Source: a virus
Lineage: Duplodnaviria; Caudoviricetes
Length of the DNA: 64,000 nt
Virus record (IMG/VR): IMGVR_UViG_3300010429_001449
Reading direction: 5' to 3' (one strand)
Shown here: one piece after another, positions 1-9,475 of the stretch
How the letters are laid out: every line of letters starts with the position of its first letter
Position numbering within the stretch: position 1 is the first letter of the stretch
Notes under the pieces: model-generated
Database searches by the model: none
The model's input: the letters and a program-made list of their open reading frames with translations, nothing else
Told to the model about the DNA's origin: nothing
Position numbers and translations under genes: made by a program

Positions 1-503
1 GAAAGGCAGAGGGAAAGTCCACGAAGTCTGTTGGACGAGTCCTCAAACGGCTGCGGGAACGGCAAAGCCGATCCACCAAAGACTTCTGTCACGTCGTATC
101 GAAAAAGCTGGTGAACTGGAGTCCTAAAAACTCGGTTCTGGTCTTCGAGGATTTGTCCTTTGCGCAGGAAGATCAGGAGCACGGAAAGGCGTGGAATCGA
201 AGGTTTCACGAATGGCCAAGAGGCCAGATAGTAGAGATGACGACGTACAAAGCGGAAGGAAAGCACGAGGTGGCTTTCATTAATCCTGCTTATACGTCGC
301 AACGCTGTTCGCGCTGCGGCTTGCTTGGTAATCGAAACCGTCATTCCTTTATCTGTCCTCATTGCCAGTTCCGTTGTCATGCCGATCTCAATGCTGCTAG
401 GAACATCCGTAATCATTTTGCCGTGCTACGGCGCGGTGGGCCGTCGTCGACCGGCCCCGAAGCATCTTCGAGATGCAAACCTCCGGCTTTAGCGGCGGGT
501 TAG
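1..503 (+). CDS. tnpB: IS200/IS605-family RNA-guided endonuclease TnpB, C-terminal part (5' end lies outside the window)
   Basis: VFEDL (RuvC-II), NPAYTSQRCSRCG..CPHC zinc ribbon and ADLNAARNI (RuvC-III). Confidence 0.9.
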   Translation, partial: KAEGKSTKSVGRVLKRLRERQSRSTKDFCHVVSKKLVNWSPKNSVLVFEDLSFAQEDQEHGKAWNRRFHEWPRGQIVEMTTYKAEGKHEVAFINPAYTSQRCSRCGLLGNRNRHSFICPHCQFRCHADLNAARNIRNHFAVLRRGGPSSTGPEASSRCKPPALAAG

Positions 504-508
504 TTGAC
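472..508 (+). mobile_element. Right end / omegaRNA 3' end of IS200/IS605 element
   Basis: GCAAACCTCCGGCTTTAGCGGCGGGTTAGTTGAC resembles the subterminal hairpin plus TTGAC end typical downstream of tnpB. Confidence 0.65.
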
Positions 509-1465
509 ACGGCCCCGCTCCACGAAGTAACGCGAGGCGACTTGCTCTCCGGCTTCGGGGCCTCGCTGGTGTCTAGGTATCCAAACAAGGGCGGCTTGAT
601 CTGCTTTTATCTTGCCGTCGGCAACGGCGCACTCGTAGATTCGCCCGCGCCTGAATTTGTTGTAGTGACCACGCACCCAATGGCGCACACCTACGGTACG
701 TCCGGTGTGTTCATCGGAACCTAGCGAGACAGAGTAGTTCTTGATGAAACGGATAACGTGAACCTTGGGGAGGGAGATTCGCTCCGTAACACGGCCTTTC
801 TTGTGCTTGATAGAAGGTCTGTCCACCACGTCATAGGTAACATTCGTGCTGGAGAGAAACGCGCAGAATTTGGTGGCAAGTTTGAATACGGCTTTTTCGT
901 CGTCTCCAAACCAGGAGTAAGGCTTGTCCGTAACCGGCTCTGAGTGATAAGACATAACCCACCGATCAAAAGGAATAGGGCTGTGTAAGTTTCCGGAATA
1001 ATGGCTCCACAAGCACATGACCAGCGTGTGTGCCGTGAGAGACACGTCCTCACGAGGCAGGCGATAGTCAACAACAACGTTCGGCAACCAGCGTTTCGCT
1101 ATTTTGGCAAAACGGTCGAAATCGCGCAGGCAAATGTGCAGACCGACACTCTTTTCTGTCGTGCCCATAACGGGGCAATCGACGACGCCGCCGAAGTCAA
1201 TGTAAAAGTTGTTGAAGGGAAGACGGAGATCACTCGCTGTTACCTCGGCGATGTCTGCATCCATGACTTCTTCTACAAGAGACCGATCAAAGGCGAAGAC
1301 CTTCGTTGTAGGAAGGGCATCTCGCAGAAACAGATTGGCCGTAAGCTCCGCCTGCTCCATCCTCATAAGGACAGCCTCGCGGAACTCGCGCCGCGTTTCC
1401 AACATAAACGGCGCATAGTTGTCGCGCAGCACAGTGTCATACGTCAATGCTTTGATCTGTTTCAT
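500..1465 (-). CDS. Hypothetical phage protein with C-terminal HWVRGH...WI..H.RG motif
   Basis: 321-aa ORF in a minus-strand operon; motif common in phage hypotheticals. Confidence 0.75.
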   Translation of the reverse strand: MKQIKALTYDTVLRDNYAPFMLETRREFREAVLMRMEQAELTANLFLRDALPTTKVFAFDRSLVEEVMDADIAEVTASDLRLPFNNFYIDFGGVVDCPVMGTTEKSVGLHICLRDFDRFAKIAKRWLPNVVVDYRLPREDVSLTAHTLVMCLWSHYSGNLHSPIPFDRWVMSYHSEPVTDKPYSWFGDDEKAVFKLATKFCAFLSSTNVTYDVVDRPSIKHKKGRVTERISLPKVHVIRFIKNYSVSLGSDEHTGRTVGVRHWVRGHYNKFRRGRIYECAVADGKIKADQAALVWIPRHQRGPEAGEQVASRYFVERGRVN

Positions 1466-1468
1466 GGC

Positions 1469-1771
1469 TTAGCGGTACAGCCGGAAAAACTTGAAACCCT
1501 TCGGCCACTCCTGCCGAGGTTTGAACGCGAGCGCGACTTCCTTTCCGCCGAGCGAAGATTCGGTGATAACGACGTGATCAGGACAGGCTTTTGCCTGCTC
1601 GAACTCACCGTCGTTGACGACGCAAACAGCCTTGAAAAAAGGACCAGAAAGCCATTCGGCGACTTCGGGGGAGTCTTTGAACTTGAGATAGCAGGCGAGA
1701 GAAGCGTGAGCGGCGGCAACTACAGCAATGCCGGGCGGCACGAATTCGTTTATCAGAATGTACATCTTCAT
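1469..1771 (-). CDS. Peptidyl-tRNA hydrolase Pth2-like protein
   Basis: KMYILI...G.AVVAAAHAS...EWL...F.K.VC pattern, 100 aa, matches the PTH2 family layout. Confidence 0.75.
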   Translation of the reverse strand: MKMYILINEFVPPGIAVVAAAHASLACYLKFKDSPEVAEWLSGPFFKAVCVVNDGEFEQAKACPDHVVITESSLGGKEVALAFKPRQEWPKGFKFFRLYR

Positions 1772-1796
1772 CCGGTCGATCCCTCTCGCGGCGTTA

Positions 1797-1988
1797 TTAA
1801 TTCGATCCCGATTCGTTCTTCAGAGTCGCGTGCGTAATCACGCAATCTTTCATCTTTACTGGCGTGCCTTTCTTTTCGAGCACGTAGAAGACAAGGTCAT
1901 CAAGCAGATCGGCAACAGTGGCGTCGTCAGGTGCGTCAACGGTCAGCCGAGCCATGATAGTGAACGTCTTGATGGTGGTTTTTGGCAT
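1797..1988 (-). CDS. Hypothetical protein
   Basis: 63-aa ORF with GAGG RBS. Confidence 0.55.
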   Translation of the reverse strand: MPKTTIKTFTIMARLTVDAPDDATVADLLDDLVFYVLEKKGTPVKMKDCVITHATLKNESGSN

Positions 1989-2052
1989 CGCATTCCTCGA
2001 AACTTTTTCGCGTGAGGCAGACGCTTTGGCCCGCCAGACTATGCCCTTACAG

Positions 2053-2128
2053 TGGTGAGCGAGCCGGGACTTGAACCCGGAATCTCATCGATGTCGACGA
2101 TGCGATCTGCCAATTGATCTACTCGCTC
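2053..2128 (-). tRNA. tRNA-Val(GAC), C at position 33
   Basis: GAGCGAG/CTCGCTC acceptor, CATCG-TCGACAT-CGATG anticodon arm, TTCAAGT T loop, encoded CCA. Confidence 0.93.
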
Positions 2129-2561
2129 AATTCACGGTTTTGTCCGCTTCTGCGTCATGGCCTGAGAACCACTCCATGACGTACGGAGGAAGCCACGCCT
2201 GCATCTCGGCAGGAATGTTGATGTGCAACATGACTAGGCCGTCATCGTCCTGGCGCGGCACGGTTGTAATCTCAAGATTCTTCATGCTGTCGATGAAATC
2301 ATGGATGAGCCTCTGCCGAAACGACTGCTTTACAGCATCAACAAGCACCTCCGGCGAAGCCTGAAGGCTTTCCGCGAGAGGCTTCGACACGCCCTTGCGC
2401 ACAGACTTGGCGACAAACTTGGCCAGCGCGTCCGGGCCTTTCAAACAAGCTTTGATCAACTCCTCGCTTGTAGTCCAGCCGCATACCGGACACTGAAACA
2501 CCCTGCCTTTTTTTGCCTCAGCTACAACTCGCCGCTTCCTTTTGCTATCCCGCGTAGCCAT
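2127..2561 (-). CDS. Hypothetical protein (CPVCG motif), probably leaderless
   Basis: 144-aa ORF; ATG lies 6 nt after a TATACT -10 box. Confidence 0.7.
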   Translation of the reverse strand: MATRDSKRKRRVVAEAKKGRVFQCPVCGWTTSEELIKACLKGPDALAKFVAKSVRKGVSKPLAESLQASPEVLVDAVKQSFRQRLIHDFIDSMKNLEITTVPRQDDDGLVMLHINIPAEMQAWLPPYVMEWFSGHDAEADKTVN

Positions 2562-2567
2562 ACTCTT

Positions 2568-2595
2568 AGTATAACAGCGTAGGGCAAAATGTCAA
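2568..2595 (-). promoter_or_regulatory. Conserved phage promoter TTGACA-N16-TATACT
   Basis: One of about 20 copies of the motif. Confidence 0.85.
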
Positions 2596-3131
2596 GACTT
2601 ATTAGGGTCTTTCGTATCAACTTTTTGGCCGCAGCGAGGGCAATAAGCGCGAGAGCCGATGGGGAGATCGCAAAGGGCGCAGCGTAGAAGGACGCCGTAA
2701 ATGTCTCGTCGGTCGGTAGCGCCGCGCATTAATTCTTCCAGCGCGTTACGTTTGGGAGAGTCAATGTCACGAATCAGATCGCGGAAGGCGCGGCGTCCCG
2801 CCTCAGCCAGGTCTTGACTTGATGCGTCAATCTTGTCCCGCAGCGTGATGCTGGCGCTTCCTTTGCCATCGCACACGCCACAAACGGCCACGAACCAGAG
2901 ACGGTAATCCGCTTCGGCATAAATATGCAGGCGCAGCGTTCCCTGCGCCAAGCATACCGGGCACGCAAAACCGCGACGGTACAACATCATGCGGATTGAG
3001 CGTTGCAGCAGATTGATTGGCGTTTGTTCTTCGAGAGAGTATCCCGTCTGGTCGATGATGTTAGGATTCGTCGTTTCCGTCATCGTCGCCATCTTCGTCT
3101 TCGTCCGACTCGCCTGCCTTGATATCATCAA
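2592..3131 (-). CDS. Hypothetical zinc-finger protein (true start probably near 3090)
   Basis: Four CxxC pairs. Confidence 0.7.
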   Translation of the reverse strand: MMISRQASRTKTKMATMTETTNPNIIDQTGYSLEEQTPINLLQRSIRMMLYRRGFACPVCLAQGTLRLHIYAEADYRLWFVAVCGVCDGKGSASITLRDKIDASSQDLAEAGRRAFRDLIRDIDSPKRNALEELMRGATDRRDIYGVLLRCALCDLPIGSRAYCPRCGQKVDTKDPNKS

Positions 3132-5250
3132 CCGGCGGCGATGACACTATCTTAGCCGTTACCTCTTTCACGCCGCCAGAGGTACGCGACCGCAATGCGC
3201 CTTCCAGATAATCACTCATCTGCAAGTCGCTTTTCTCGCAAGCGTCGGCCATCTCCTTAATACAACTGGTCAAGCCGGATTCCATCTGAAGAACCAGATG
3301 CACTTGATCCTTGTAGCAGAAGAAGATATGGCCTTTCGGCGCGGTACTACCGTACTCCGACAAGATGTTGCGGACAGCATAATCGAGGTTGTCACGAACA
3401 TGCTTGCTGGTCTCGTCGTCTTCTTCCGAACGATTCTTGGCCGCTTCCTGCTTCGCGGACTCGCGTTCTTCGAGAATCTCTTTGAATTTATCCTCGCGGG
3501 AGAAACCAAACCGGCGGGCCTCCTCGCTGAGTTTGAGACGCCTCTCGGTGCGCAAATCCAGAATGATGCGGCGCAGCTTAGTCGGGTTGCGCGTCCCGCG
3601 ATTCTCATTGCGGCGAACAAGGTTTTCGAGACGCACGACCTCGTCCATCCAGCCTTCCTTGACCACAATAGGAATCGTGGTCATGCCAACTTTTTTGCAA
3701 TTATGCACCAGACAACCGCCAACATTAAATATGTTCGTGGTTTCTACAGACATATTCCACACGTAATTACAGTCCTCGAATGCAACCACGTCGGACACGC
3801 GCAAGAGCAAACCATCAGCATCAAGAATTTTTCCGTAGCGCCTGTCTTGCTTTCTAGCAGGCGTGTAAGCCACTATATAAGAATCCCTGCGTTGTTCGGT
3901 GGTATCTTTTGAGCAATAAATGCTCGGCGCAAACTCCGCCGAGACGCAGAGAAGGAAAAGCTGATAAGCCAAGTCTTTAGACACAGTAGTAATACGAATC
4001 ATACCGTCAGGAGACGCATAACCATCACCAGATGCTACGCCATCGAGCAACGCTCGCGCCTTATCCTTTGGCAGCCCAATCCACATCGAAGGTAACGTCT
4101 TGCCGTAGGAGAAACGACCGAAAAGCGACTCGAACCAACTACCCAACGTAGGCGAAAACACCTTCACATCGTATCCGTCCCTGCTAGAAGTCTTCTTGTA
4201 AACAGAACATCTCAACCCAAACTTCGCCCTTACAATATCGCGCAGGCGAGCCAGAAAACCTCTTTCTATGTCTTTCTTTCCTATCGTGAAGCATATTCCT
4301 CGCACCCGTCCCCCGCTGTTCCGCTCGCGCACAGCCGAGCCTTCGGCTACGTAGAAACCGAACAACCAGAGTAAATCGGTATCTAATAGTTGCTTCGTCG
4401 AGAAAGGAGTCAGACACACTCTATTCGGCGCGACTTTGGCGGAGCGGTTGTAATGATAAGTACACAAATTTTTCGTCTTGACCGTAGAGGAACAACCCTC
4501 TACGCTGCATCGAGGCTGTTGTTTTACAGAACGGAAAGAACCGCTAAACGCTTTTTTGTAGCCCTGCTTCTGCTTATAGTGTCCGAAACACAAACCTCCC
4601 GCATGGACGCTATTTCTACAGGATGCGACGGAACACGTGTCGTCTTTAGGCGAGAAGCTGACCATGTGCGATGGAATAGTAATGGCGGTTGGAGAATATA
4701 AACACGGTCTTGGAACACGAATCCAACTCTTTCCCGGCAACAATTTGCACGCCTTAACTTCCTGTCCGTCCACCATATAAGGATGATCTTCCGTTGAAAC
4801 GAGCGGAATTTTCATGCCACACAATCTTACGGCGCAAAAACGACCCCGGTAAGGGCGCATCGACACATCTGTTACAGCGGCCCAAACACCGTGCGTTGAC
4901 ATTACAGCATCACCCACCACGACTTGACTGATAGCAAGTATACCCCTCTTCGTAACTACAGGGGTATCTCCGCAAAAACACGCCAACCAGCGGTGTTCCC
5001 CGCCAACAATACGGAACTTGCCCTCCGCTTCGGGGATTGGAACGACTTGGATTGGTTCGTCGAACTTCCAAGCATTTATGTCTTCCCGCAGCATATCCAA
5101 CTGTACGTCATCCATTTCGTTCGGATTGAGAGGGTCTGGCTCCAAGGAGTCGATAGGGACTTCGACGGCTCCGTCCCATGTCTTGGCCTTTTGGAGATAC
5201 GCAACCCACCACTTGTTAGCTTCCGGCGTTTCCTTCTTTTTTGCTGCCAT
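3061..5250 (-). CDS. ParB/Srx-like N-terminal domain protein interrupted by an intein
   Basis: LEPDPLNPN...PIQVV...IVGGEHRWLA|CKKVGMTTIPIVV...EN.RRNE.RG reconstitutes a ParB domain once the intein is removed. Confidence 0.88.
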   Translation of the reverse strand: MAAKKKETPEANKWWVAYLQKAKTWDGAVEVPIDSLEPDPLNPNEMDDVQLDMLREDINAWKFDEPIQVVPIPEAEGKFRIVGGEHRWLACFCGDTPVVTKRGILAISQVVVGDAVMSTHGVWAAVTDVSMRPYRGRFCAVRLCGMKIPLVSTEDHPYMVDGQEVKACKLLPGKSWIRVPRPCLYSPTAITIPSHMVSFSPKDDTCSVASCRNSVHAGGLCFGHYKQKQGYKKAFSGSFRSVKQQPRCSVEGCSSTVKTKNLCTYHYNRSAKVAPNRVCLTPFSTKQLLDTDLLWLFGFYVAEGSAVRERNSGGRVRGICFTIGKKDIERGFLARLRDIVRAKFGLRCSVYKKTSSRDGYDVKVFSPTLGSWFESLFGRFSYGKTLPSMWIGLPKDKARALLDGVASGDGYASPDGMIRITTVSKDLAYQLFLLCVSAEFAPSIYCSKDTTEQRRDSYIVAYTPARKQDRRYGKILDADGLLLRVSDVVAFEDCNYVWNMSVETTNIFNVGGCLVHNCKKVGMTTIPIVVKEGWMDEVVRLENLVRRNENRGTRNPTKLRRIILDLRTERRLKLSEEARRFGFSREDKFKEILEERESAKQEAAKNRSEEDDETSKHVRDNLDYAVRNILSEYGSTAPKGHIFFCYKDQVHLVLQMESGLTSCIKEMADACEKSDLQMSDYLEGALRSRTSGGVKEVTAKIVSSPPVDDIKAGESDEDEDGDDDGNDES
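3700..4980 (-). mobile_element. Intein (427 aa) with LAGLIDADG homing endonuclease and two Cys/His zinc-finger repeats
   Basis: Starts CFCGDTPV, block B TEDHP, LFGFYVAEGS and LLDGVASGDG motifs, ends LVHN before Cys+1. Confidence 0.92.
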
Positions 5251-5704
5251 GTTCGTATCGCACTTTCTGGACGATCTTTGTTCTGATCTCCGGCGTAAGG
5301 CGTCGTTCCGTTCCTCGCGCCGCCAAGTAACCGCGAATGCCGCATTTGGAACAAACGTATGTAATGTGCAGTACGTCTTGCAACCACGTATCTTCGATGC
5401 GCCAAGTCATCTGCTCATTGCAGAGCGGACAGAAAATTAGATTAATCTCCGCCTCACGGCCTTGAAGTGTCCTGATGTTTTGGTATCGCCCCTCTCGCTC
5501 AATCGCCTCTTGGACAGTACGCACGAAATCGGGGTCACTCACTTTTCCCAACGGCATCGTAATCGTGATCTGGCACTGATTACATCGGTAGCGAGCATCG
5601 GCGTGTTTGTTTCGCTGACTCCAGCGAGAACGACGCCGCGTGATACCCAAACAGTAGATTGGGGACGAGCAACGCGGGCAACTTATGCCGGTCGGAGTTT
5701 CCAT
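5216..5704 (-). CDS. Hypothetical zinc-ribbon protein
   Basis: Four CxxC pairs, 162 aa. Confidence 0.7.
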   Translation of the reverse strand: METPTGISCPRCSSPIYCLGITRRRSRWSQRNKHADARYRCNQCQITITMPLGKVSDPDFVRTVQEAIEREGRYQNIRTLQGREAEINLIFCPLCNEQMTWRIEDTWLQDVLHITYVCSKCGIRGYLAARGTERRLTPEIRTKIVQKVRYEHGSKKEGNAGS

Positions 5705-5753
5705 GTTAAAGAGAGCGGCGAGGCCGGGTGGCCTCTGGGAAGAGACACCCCGT

Positions 5754-6245
5754 TTACTCTTGGGGGGGAGCAGCCTCGCCGCAAATGTTGCTCAGTGCCT
5801 GCGCTTGAAGAATACGGCACTGATGTTCAATCTCATTAAGCTGAGCCAGAATGGGCTTGAGGTTCACTTCCGGAATTATTGCTCGGAAGCCCGGTTGCCG
5901 CGTCTGGCTACGAAGCATCTTCGTCTGTTTCTTCGCTTGGCGATATGCCTTGCGCAGATCGCCTTTCTTAACTTCAATGACTTTCAGAATCTGGTTCACC
6001 AACGAGAGCGACGCTTTCCGGCGGCACTCCATCGACAGCGACGCCAAATCAACCGCCTGGCCGTGTTCGGGGCAGGCGCGACCCTCCGTTGCGCCTAAGA
6101 AGAACCCACAGACAGGACATGCCCGGAACATGATGTCTTTAGGGCGATCACTGCCTAGAATCGTCATCGCAGACGCAAGCAGGTCGTCTTCCTTACGCGC
6201 TTCCTCATCAACGGGCGTCTCTGGCTTGGGGGTTTCATCCGGCAT
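5754..6245 (-). CDS. Hypothetical protein (Zn motif plus coiled coil)
   Basis: AGGAG RBS; CPVC..CPEH. Confidence 0.7.
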   Translation of the reverse strand: MPDETPKPETPVDEEARKEDDLLASAMTILGSDRPKDIMFRACPVCGFFLGATEGRACPEHGQAVDLASLSMECRRKASLSLVNQILKVIEVKKGDLRKAYRQAKKQTKMLRSQTRQPGFRAIIPEVNLKPILAQLNEIEHQCRILQAQALSNICGEAAPPQE

Positions 6246-6333
6246 TTCTCAATCTCCTTTGGGCGCAATTGTACACGCGGGGAGGCAAGGATACCATAGT
6301 TGGTATCCCTGCCTTACCCCTCCCGACCGATGC

Positions 6334-6564
6334 TTACGCGGACGGCGCGGCTCTCTTTGTGCGCTTGACCTTCTGTTCGAGGGTGACTCTCTGCTTGATG
6401 ATCTTCGTCACCTGCTCAAGACAGGTGGCGCAGACTTCCATCTTCGCCGAGAGAATTGCGTCGCCTTTAAGGTCAGTGATGTCGACGTTGACGGTGCACA
6501 TTCCGGCGTCTCCTGAAACCTCTTTCTTACAACGATCACACAGAACCTTCGTTATCTTCGCCAT
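6334..6564 (-). CDS. Hypothetical zinc-binding protein
   Basis: CDRC...CATC; GAGGAG RBS. Confidence 0.7.
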   Translation of the reverse strand: MAKITKVLCDRCKKEVSGDAGMCTVNVDITDLKGDAILSAKMEVCATCLEQVTKIIKQRVTLEQKVKRTKRAAPSA

Positions 6565-6587
6565 GCTTGTTTCTCCTCATAGCGTTG

Positions 6588-8099
6588 TTAAAAAGGACAA
6601 TCGGCCTCGTCGAACTCCGTGTCCGCGTCGGCTATTGTCGCTGCTGGTTCCACAGAAAAGTCCGCTGACTGATCTCCGTCGTAAGAGACAAGAGTACCGA
6701 ACGGCGGACGATACGAACCAAACTTCAGCGCGGCATTACGATCCGTACGCTTCACAATCCACAGGAGGGGAAGCGGCGGCTCTTTCTTAGGGAACGTCCC
6801 CATCAAGTCTGTGAAGTAACAAATTCCCGCATACTGTCCGTAACCTTCCTTCGCCAATCGAGCAAAGGGCGGGCGGAAGTCCGTGCCGCCGCGCCCGCCC
6901 CACCTGTACGGAACTTCGTCGTGGGGGCTGAGAACTTGGTCATAGACTATGGCGGCATCACAGCCTATCAACCGAATCTTCGTGATGCCTTTGGACGTAA
7001 GAATACCTCTGGCCTCCGAGACGAACTCGCGTAGATGTTCGTCGGAAATGGAGCCGGACGTATCAATCATCACAATCAACTGCTTGCCTTCGTCGAAAAG
7101 ATCGGGCAGATAAACGCCGCGACTCCAAACGCCGTCGTGCAAAACAGGCATCAAACGACGGTCGGGAATGCCGAAGTCGTAGTCATCCCGGACGATTTCA
7201 GATACGAATGTTGTAAAGAATTGCTGCCACGGGATGACAGGATTCAACAAGTCCTTAATCAAAGACTCCATAGAGCCGGGACACCTTCCGTGTGCGGCGG
7301 CCAACTGAGCGGCGCGAACCAGTTTCTTTTGCCACGCCCTCTCCAACGACTCTTCAGTTTCCGGCGATCCATTCTTGTAGTCCGCGCCGGACGCCGCAGC
7401 GTCCGACTGGTCGTTCCCGCCTTCGCCAGGGGTCTGACTCTGCTCCCCGGCTTGATCATCACCGTCCTGCGAAGACCCGTCTGGAGCCTTTTGAGCCGCG
7501 TCTTGATCTTCGTCTTGATCCTCGTCACCGCTGTCCTTGCCAGCAGACGAATCGTCGGTATCGTCATCGTCAGGGCGATTGTCCTTCTCCGACGGCGTGC
7601 GGCCATGTTCTCTATCATTCTTCTTGAAATCGCCAGTACCGTCGCCGGGCGTTAAGTCTTGAAGCGGGCATCGTGGGTTATCCGGAAGGAGACTGAATAC
7701 GCGCTCGACGGTCATTCCGGCATACTGAGGATCACAAGGCCACGCGGCAGGAACAGAAAAACCAGCGCGGTCTTCCGACACCTTGTCCTCGGCCAACATC
7801 AGATTGACTACGTGATCACAAGCGACGTTCCACTTCTTGAGATCGCGCCCCATTCTACGGCGTCCGAAAACGTGCCTTAGCGCTACGTGCAGTACTTCGT
7901 GGGCCAAAAGGGTTTGACGCTCGGAATCGTTCAATTGCATCGCGTAGGCGGGGTTTACGGCCATTTCCTTAGCCGTTACGCCCGCCGTGGGAACCCGGTG
8001 GGTCAGACGGATGGGTAGGTCGGCCAAGAGATAGCCGTAAAAAGGCCGCGAGAGCAACAGACGTGTCCGCGCCCGCTTTATGGCCTCAGACAACCGCAT
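6588..8099 (-). CDS. Metallopeptidase-like (HExxH) plus vWA domain protein (DUF2201-like)
   Basis: LLAHEVLH zincin motif, acidic linker, IDTSGS MIDAS, GGGTDF-like and YFTD motifs. Confidence 0.88.
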   Translation of the reverse strand: MRLSEAIKRARTRLLLSRPFYGYLLADLPIRLTHRVPTAGVTAKEMAVNPAYAMQLNDSERQTLLAHEVLHVALRHVFGRRRMGRDLKKWNVACDHVVNLMLAEDKVSEDRAGFSVPAAWPCDPQYAGMTVERVFSLLPDNPRCPLQDLTPGDGTGDFKKNDREHGRTPSEKDNRPDDDDTDDSSAGKDSGDEDQDEDQDAAQKAPDGSSQDGDDQAGEQSQTPGEGGNDQSDAAASGADYKNGSPETEESLERAWQKKLVRAAQLAAAHGRCPGSMESLIKDLLNPVIPWQQFFTTFVSEIVRDDYDFGIPDRRLMPVLHDGVWSRGVYLPDLFDEGKQLIVMIDTSGSISDEHLREFVSEARGILTSKGITKIRLIGCDAAIVYDQVLSPHDEVPYRWGGRGGTDFRPPFARLAKEGYGQYAGICYFTDLMGTFPKKEPPLPLLWIVKRTDRNAALKFGSYRPPFGTLVSYDGDQSADFSVEPAATIADADTEFDEADCPF

Positions 8100-9402
8100 C
8101 CTCGTCCTCCTCAGCGTCAGTCAGGACTTTGTCGGTCGGCGAGAGGTACTGCTCGGAACGAACGAGAGCGCCGTACTTCTTCTCGAAGGCCAGATAATCG
8201 TCGTTGTCGTAAGCCAGCATCGCGCCCTGCGCACGAAAGAAGGGCATTACGAATATGTCGCAGATACCGCAGGCCGCTATCTCAGGGGAGCGATCCATAC
8301 GCTGCACAGCATACTTGCAGTAGTTGGCGAACGCGGAAATGATTTTTTCCCGCGCTGTCTGCCGACGTACCACGCTCGCCAACGCGCCTGCAAAAGCATA
8401 CGACACGTCGGCGCGTTTTGGCATTGGGATAGACATAAGGCCGTCCAAGATGACCGCTTCGGGATTGGGCATTTCGCTCATAACGTCGCAAAAGGCGGAA
8501 AACTGCGTTCCCGCGCCCGATCCGACAGAACCGTTTATGAGACTCAAAGCGGCATTAACGTCTCCATTCGTCAAGGAGAGCCAGTCTGACACCGTTTCCC
8601 AACTGCGCGGAGTACAAAAAGCTTTCTTGTGCTTCGCGGGATCAAACTGAAAAAGCAGTTCCGGTTTGAAGGTCAGGAACGATGCGATGCGAAAATCAAC
8701 ACCGATGCGAAGCGCCCACAGCTTCCAGTCTCTCAAAGACGGCATAAGTTCCAAGTGCGTGAAGCGGTTCGCCAAAGCACTGGACATAGGATTGACGATT
8801 GCGCGATCCGTCTCTCGGTTGCCGCTGGCGACGATATAACAGTCGTCGGGAAGATTGTATTCGCCGACATGACCATCCAATACCAATGAGTAAGCCGACG
8901 CCTGTACTGCATTCGGCGCGGCATTCAACTCGTCGAGATGAATGAGATATCCAGGCTTCGTCGGCAGAAAGGACGGATGCCACCATTCGGTCATCCGCGT
9001 AATCTCGTATAACGGCTCTCCAGCGGCATTCAACACAGGTTCGCCGCCTTTATACACAGCAAAGTTGCCCGTGTCATCCTTAACGTTCTTCCCGTCCGCG
9101 TCCAGAACGAACTCGCCGGGCAGCCGTACCAAGGGGGTCTTGCGTTCTTGCGCGACAGGAACGCCGCGAAGGTCAACAGGATTCAACAAGGACATGCGCA
9201 AGTCGATGAAGTTCAGCCGCTCCTCTTTTGCGATCTCGCGCATCAAAGCTGACTTCCCAATACCCGGCGGACCCCACAGATGTGTGGCCCGTCCGCCGCG
9301 CCGCAACTTGCGCGAACGAACGGCAATCTGCATAGAATACTTGACTTCTGCAAACGAAAGCGGCGCTAACTGCACGTCACCGGTACTTGCTGCGGCGGGC
9401 AT
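8086..9402 (-). CDS. AAA+ ATPase (MoxR-like), partner of the vWA protein
   Basis: GPPGIGKS Walker A, LIHLDE Walker B, ASGN, ALANRF. Confidence 0.9.
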   Translation of the reverse strand: MPAAASTGDVQLAPLSFAEVKYSMQIAVRSRKLRRGGRATHLWGPPGIGKSALMREIAKEERLNFIDLRMSLLNPVDLRGVPVAQERKTPLVRLPGEFVLDADGKNVKDDTGNFAVYKGGEPVLNAAGEPLYEITRMTEWWHPSFLPTKPGYLIHLDELNAAPNAVQASAYSLVLDGHVGEYNLPDDCYIVASGNRETDRAIVNPMSSALANRFTHLELMPSLRDWKLWALRIGVDFRIASFLTFKPELLFQFDPAKHKKAFCTPRSWETVSDWLSLTNGDVNAALSLINGSVGSGAGTQFSAFCDVMSEMPNPEAVILDGLMSIPMPKRADVSYAFAGALASVVRRQTAREKIISAFANYCKYAVQRMDRSPEIAACGICDIFVMPFFRAQGAMLAYDNDDYLAFEKKYGALVRSEQYLSPTDKVLTDAEEDEDAVV

Positions 9403-9447
9403 AGCTGATTCCTCTAAGGTCGGGTTAGCTCGTTTACACCTAATCCT

Positions 9448-9475
9448 AGTATAACAGCGTCGGCCAAAATGTCAA
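9448..9475 (-). promoter_or_regulatory. Conserved phage promoter
   Basis: TTGACA-N16-TATACT. Confidence 0.85.
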
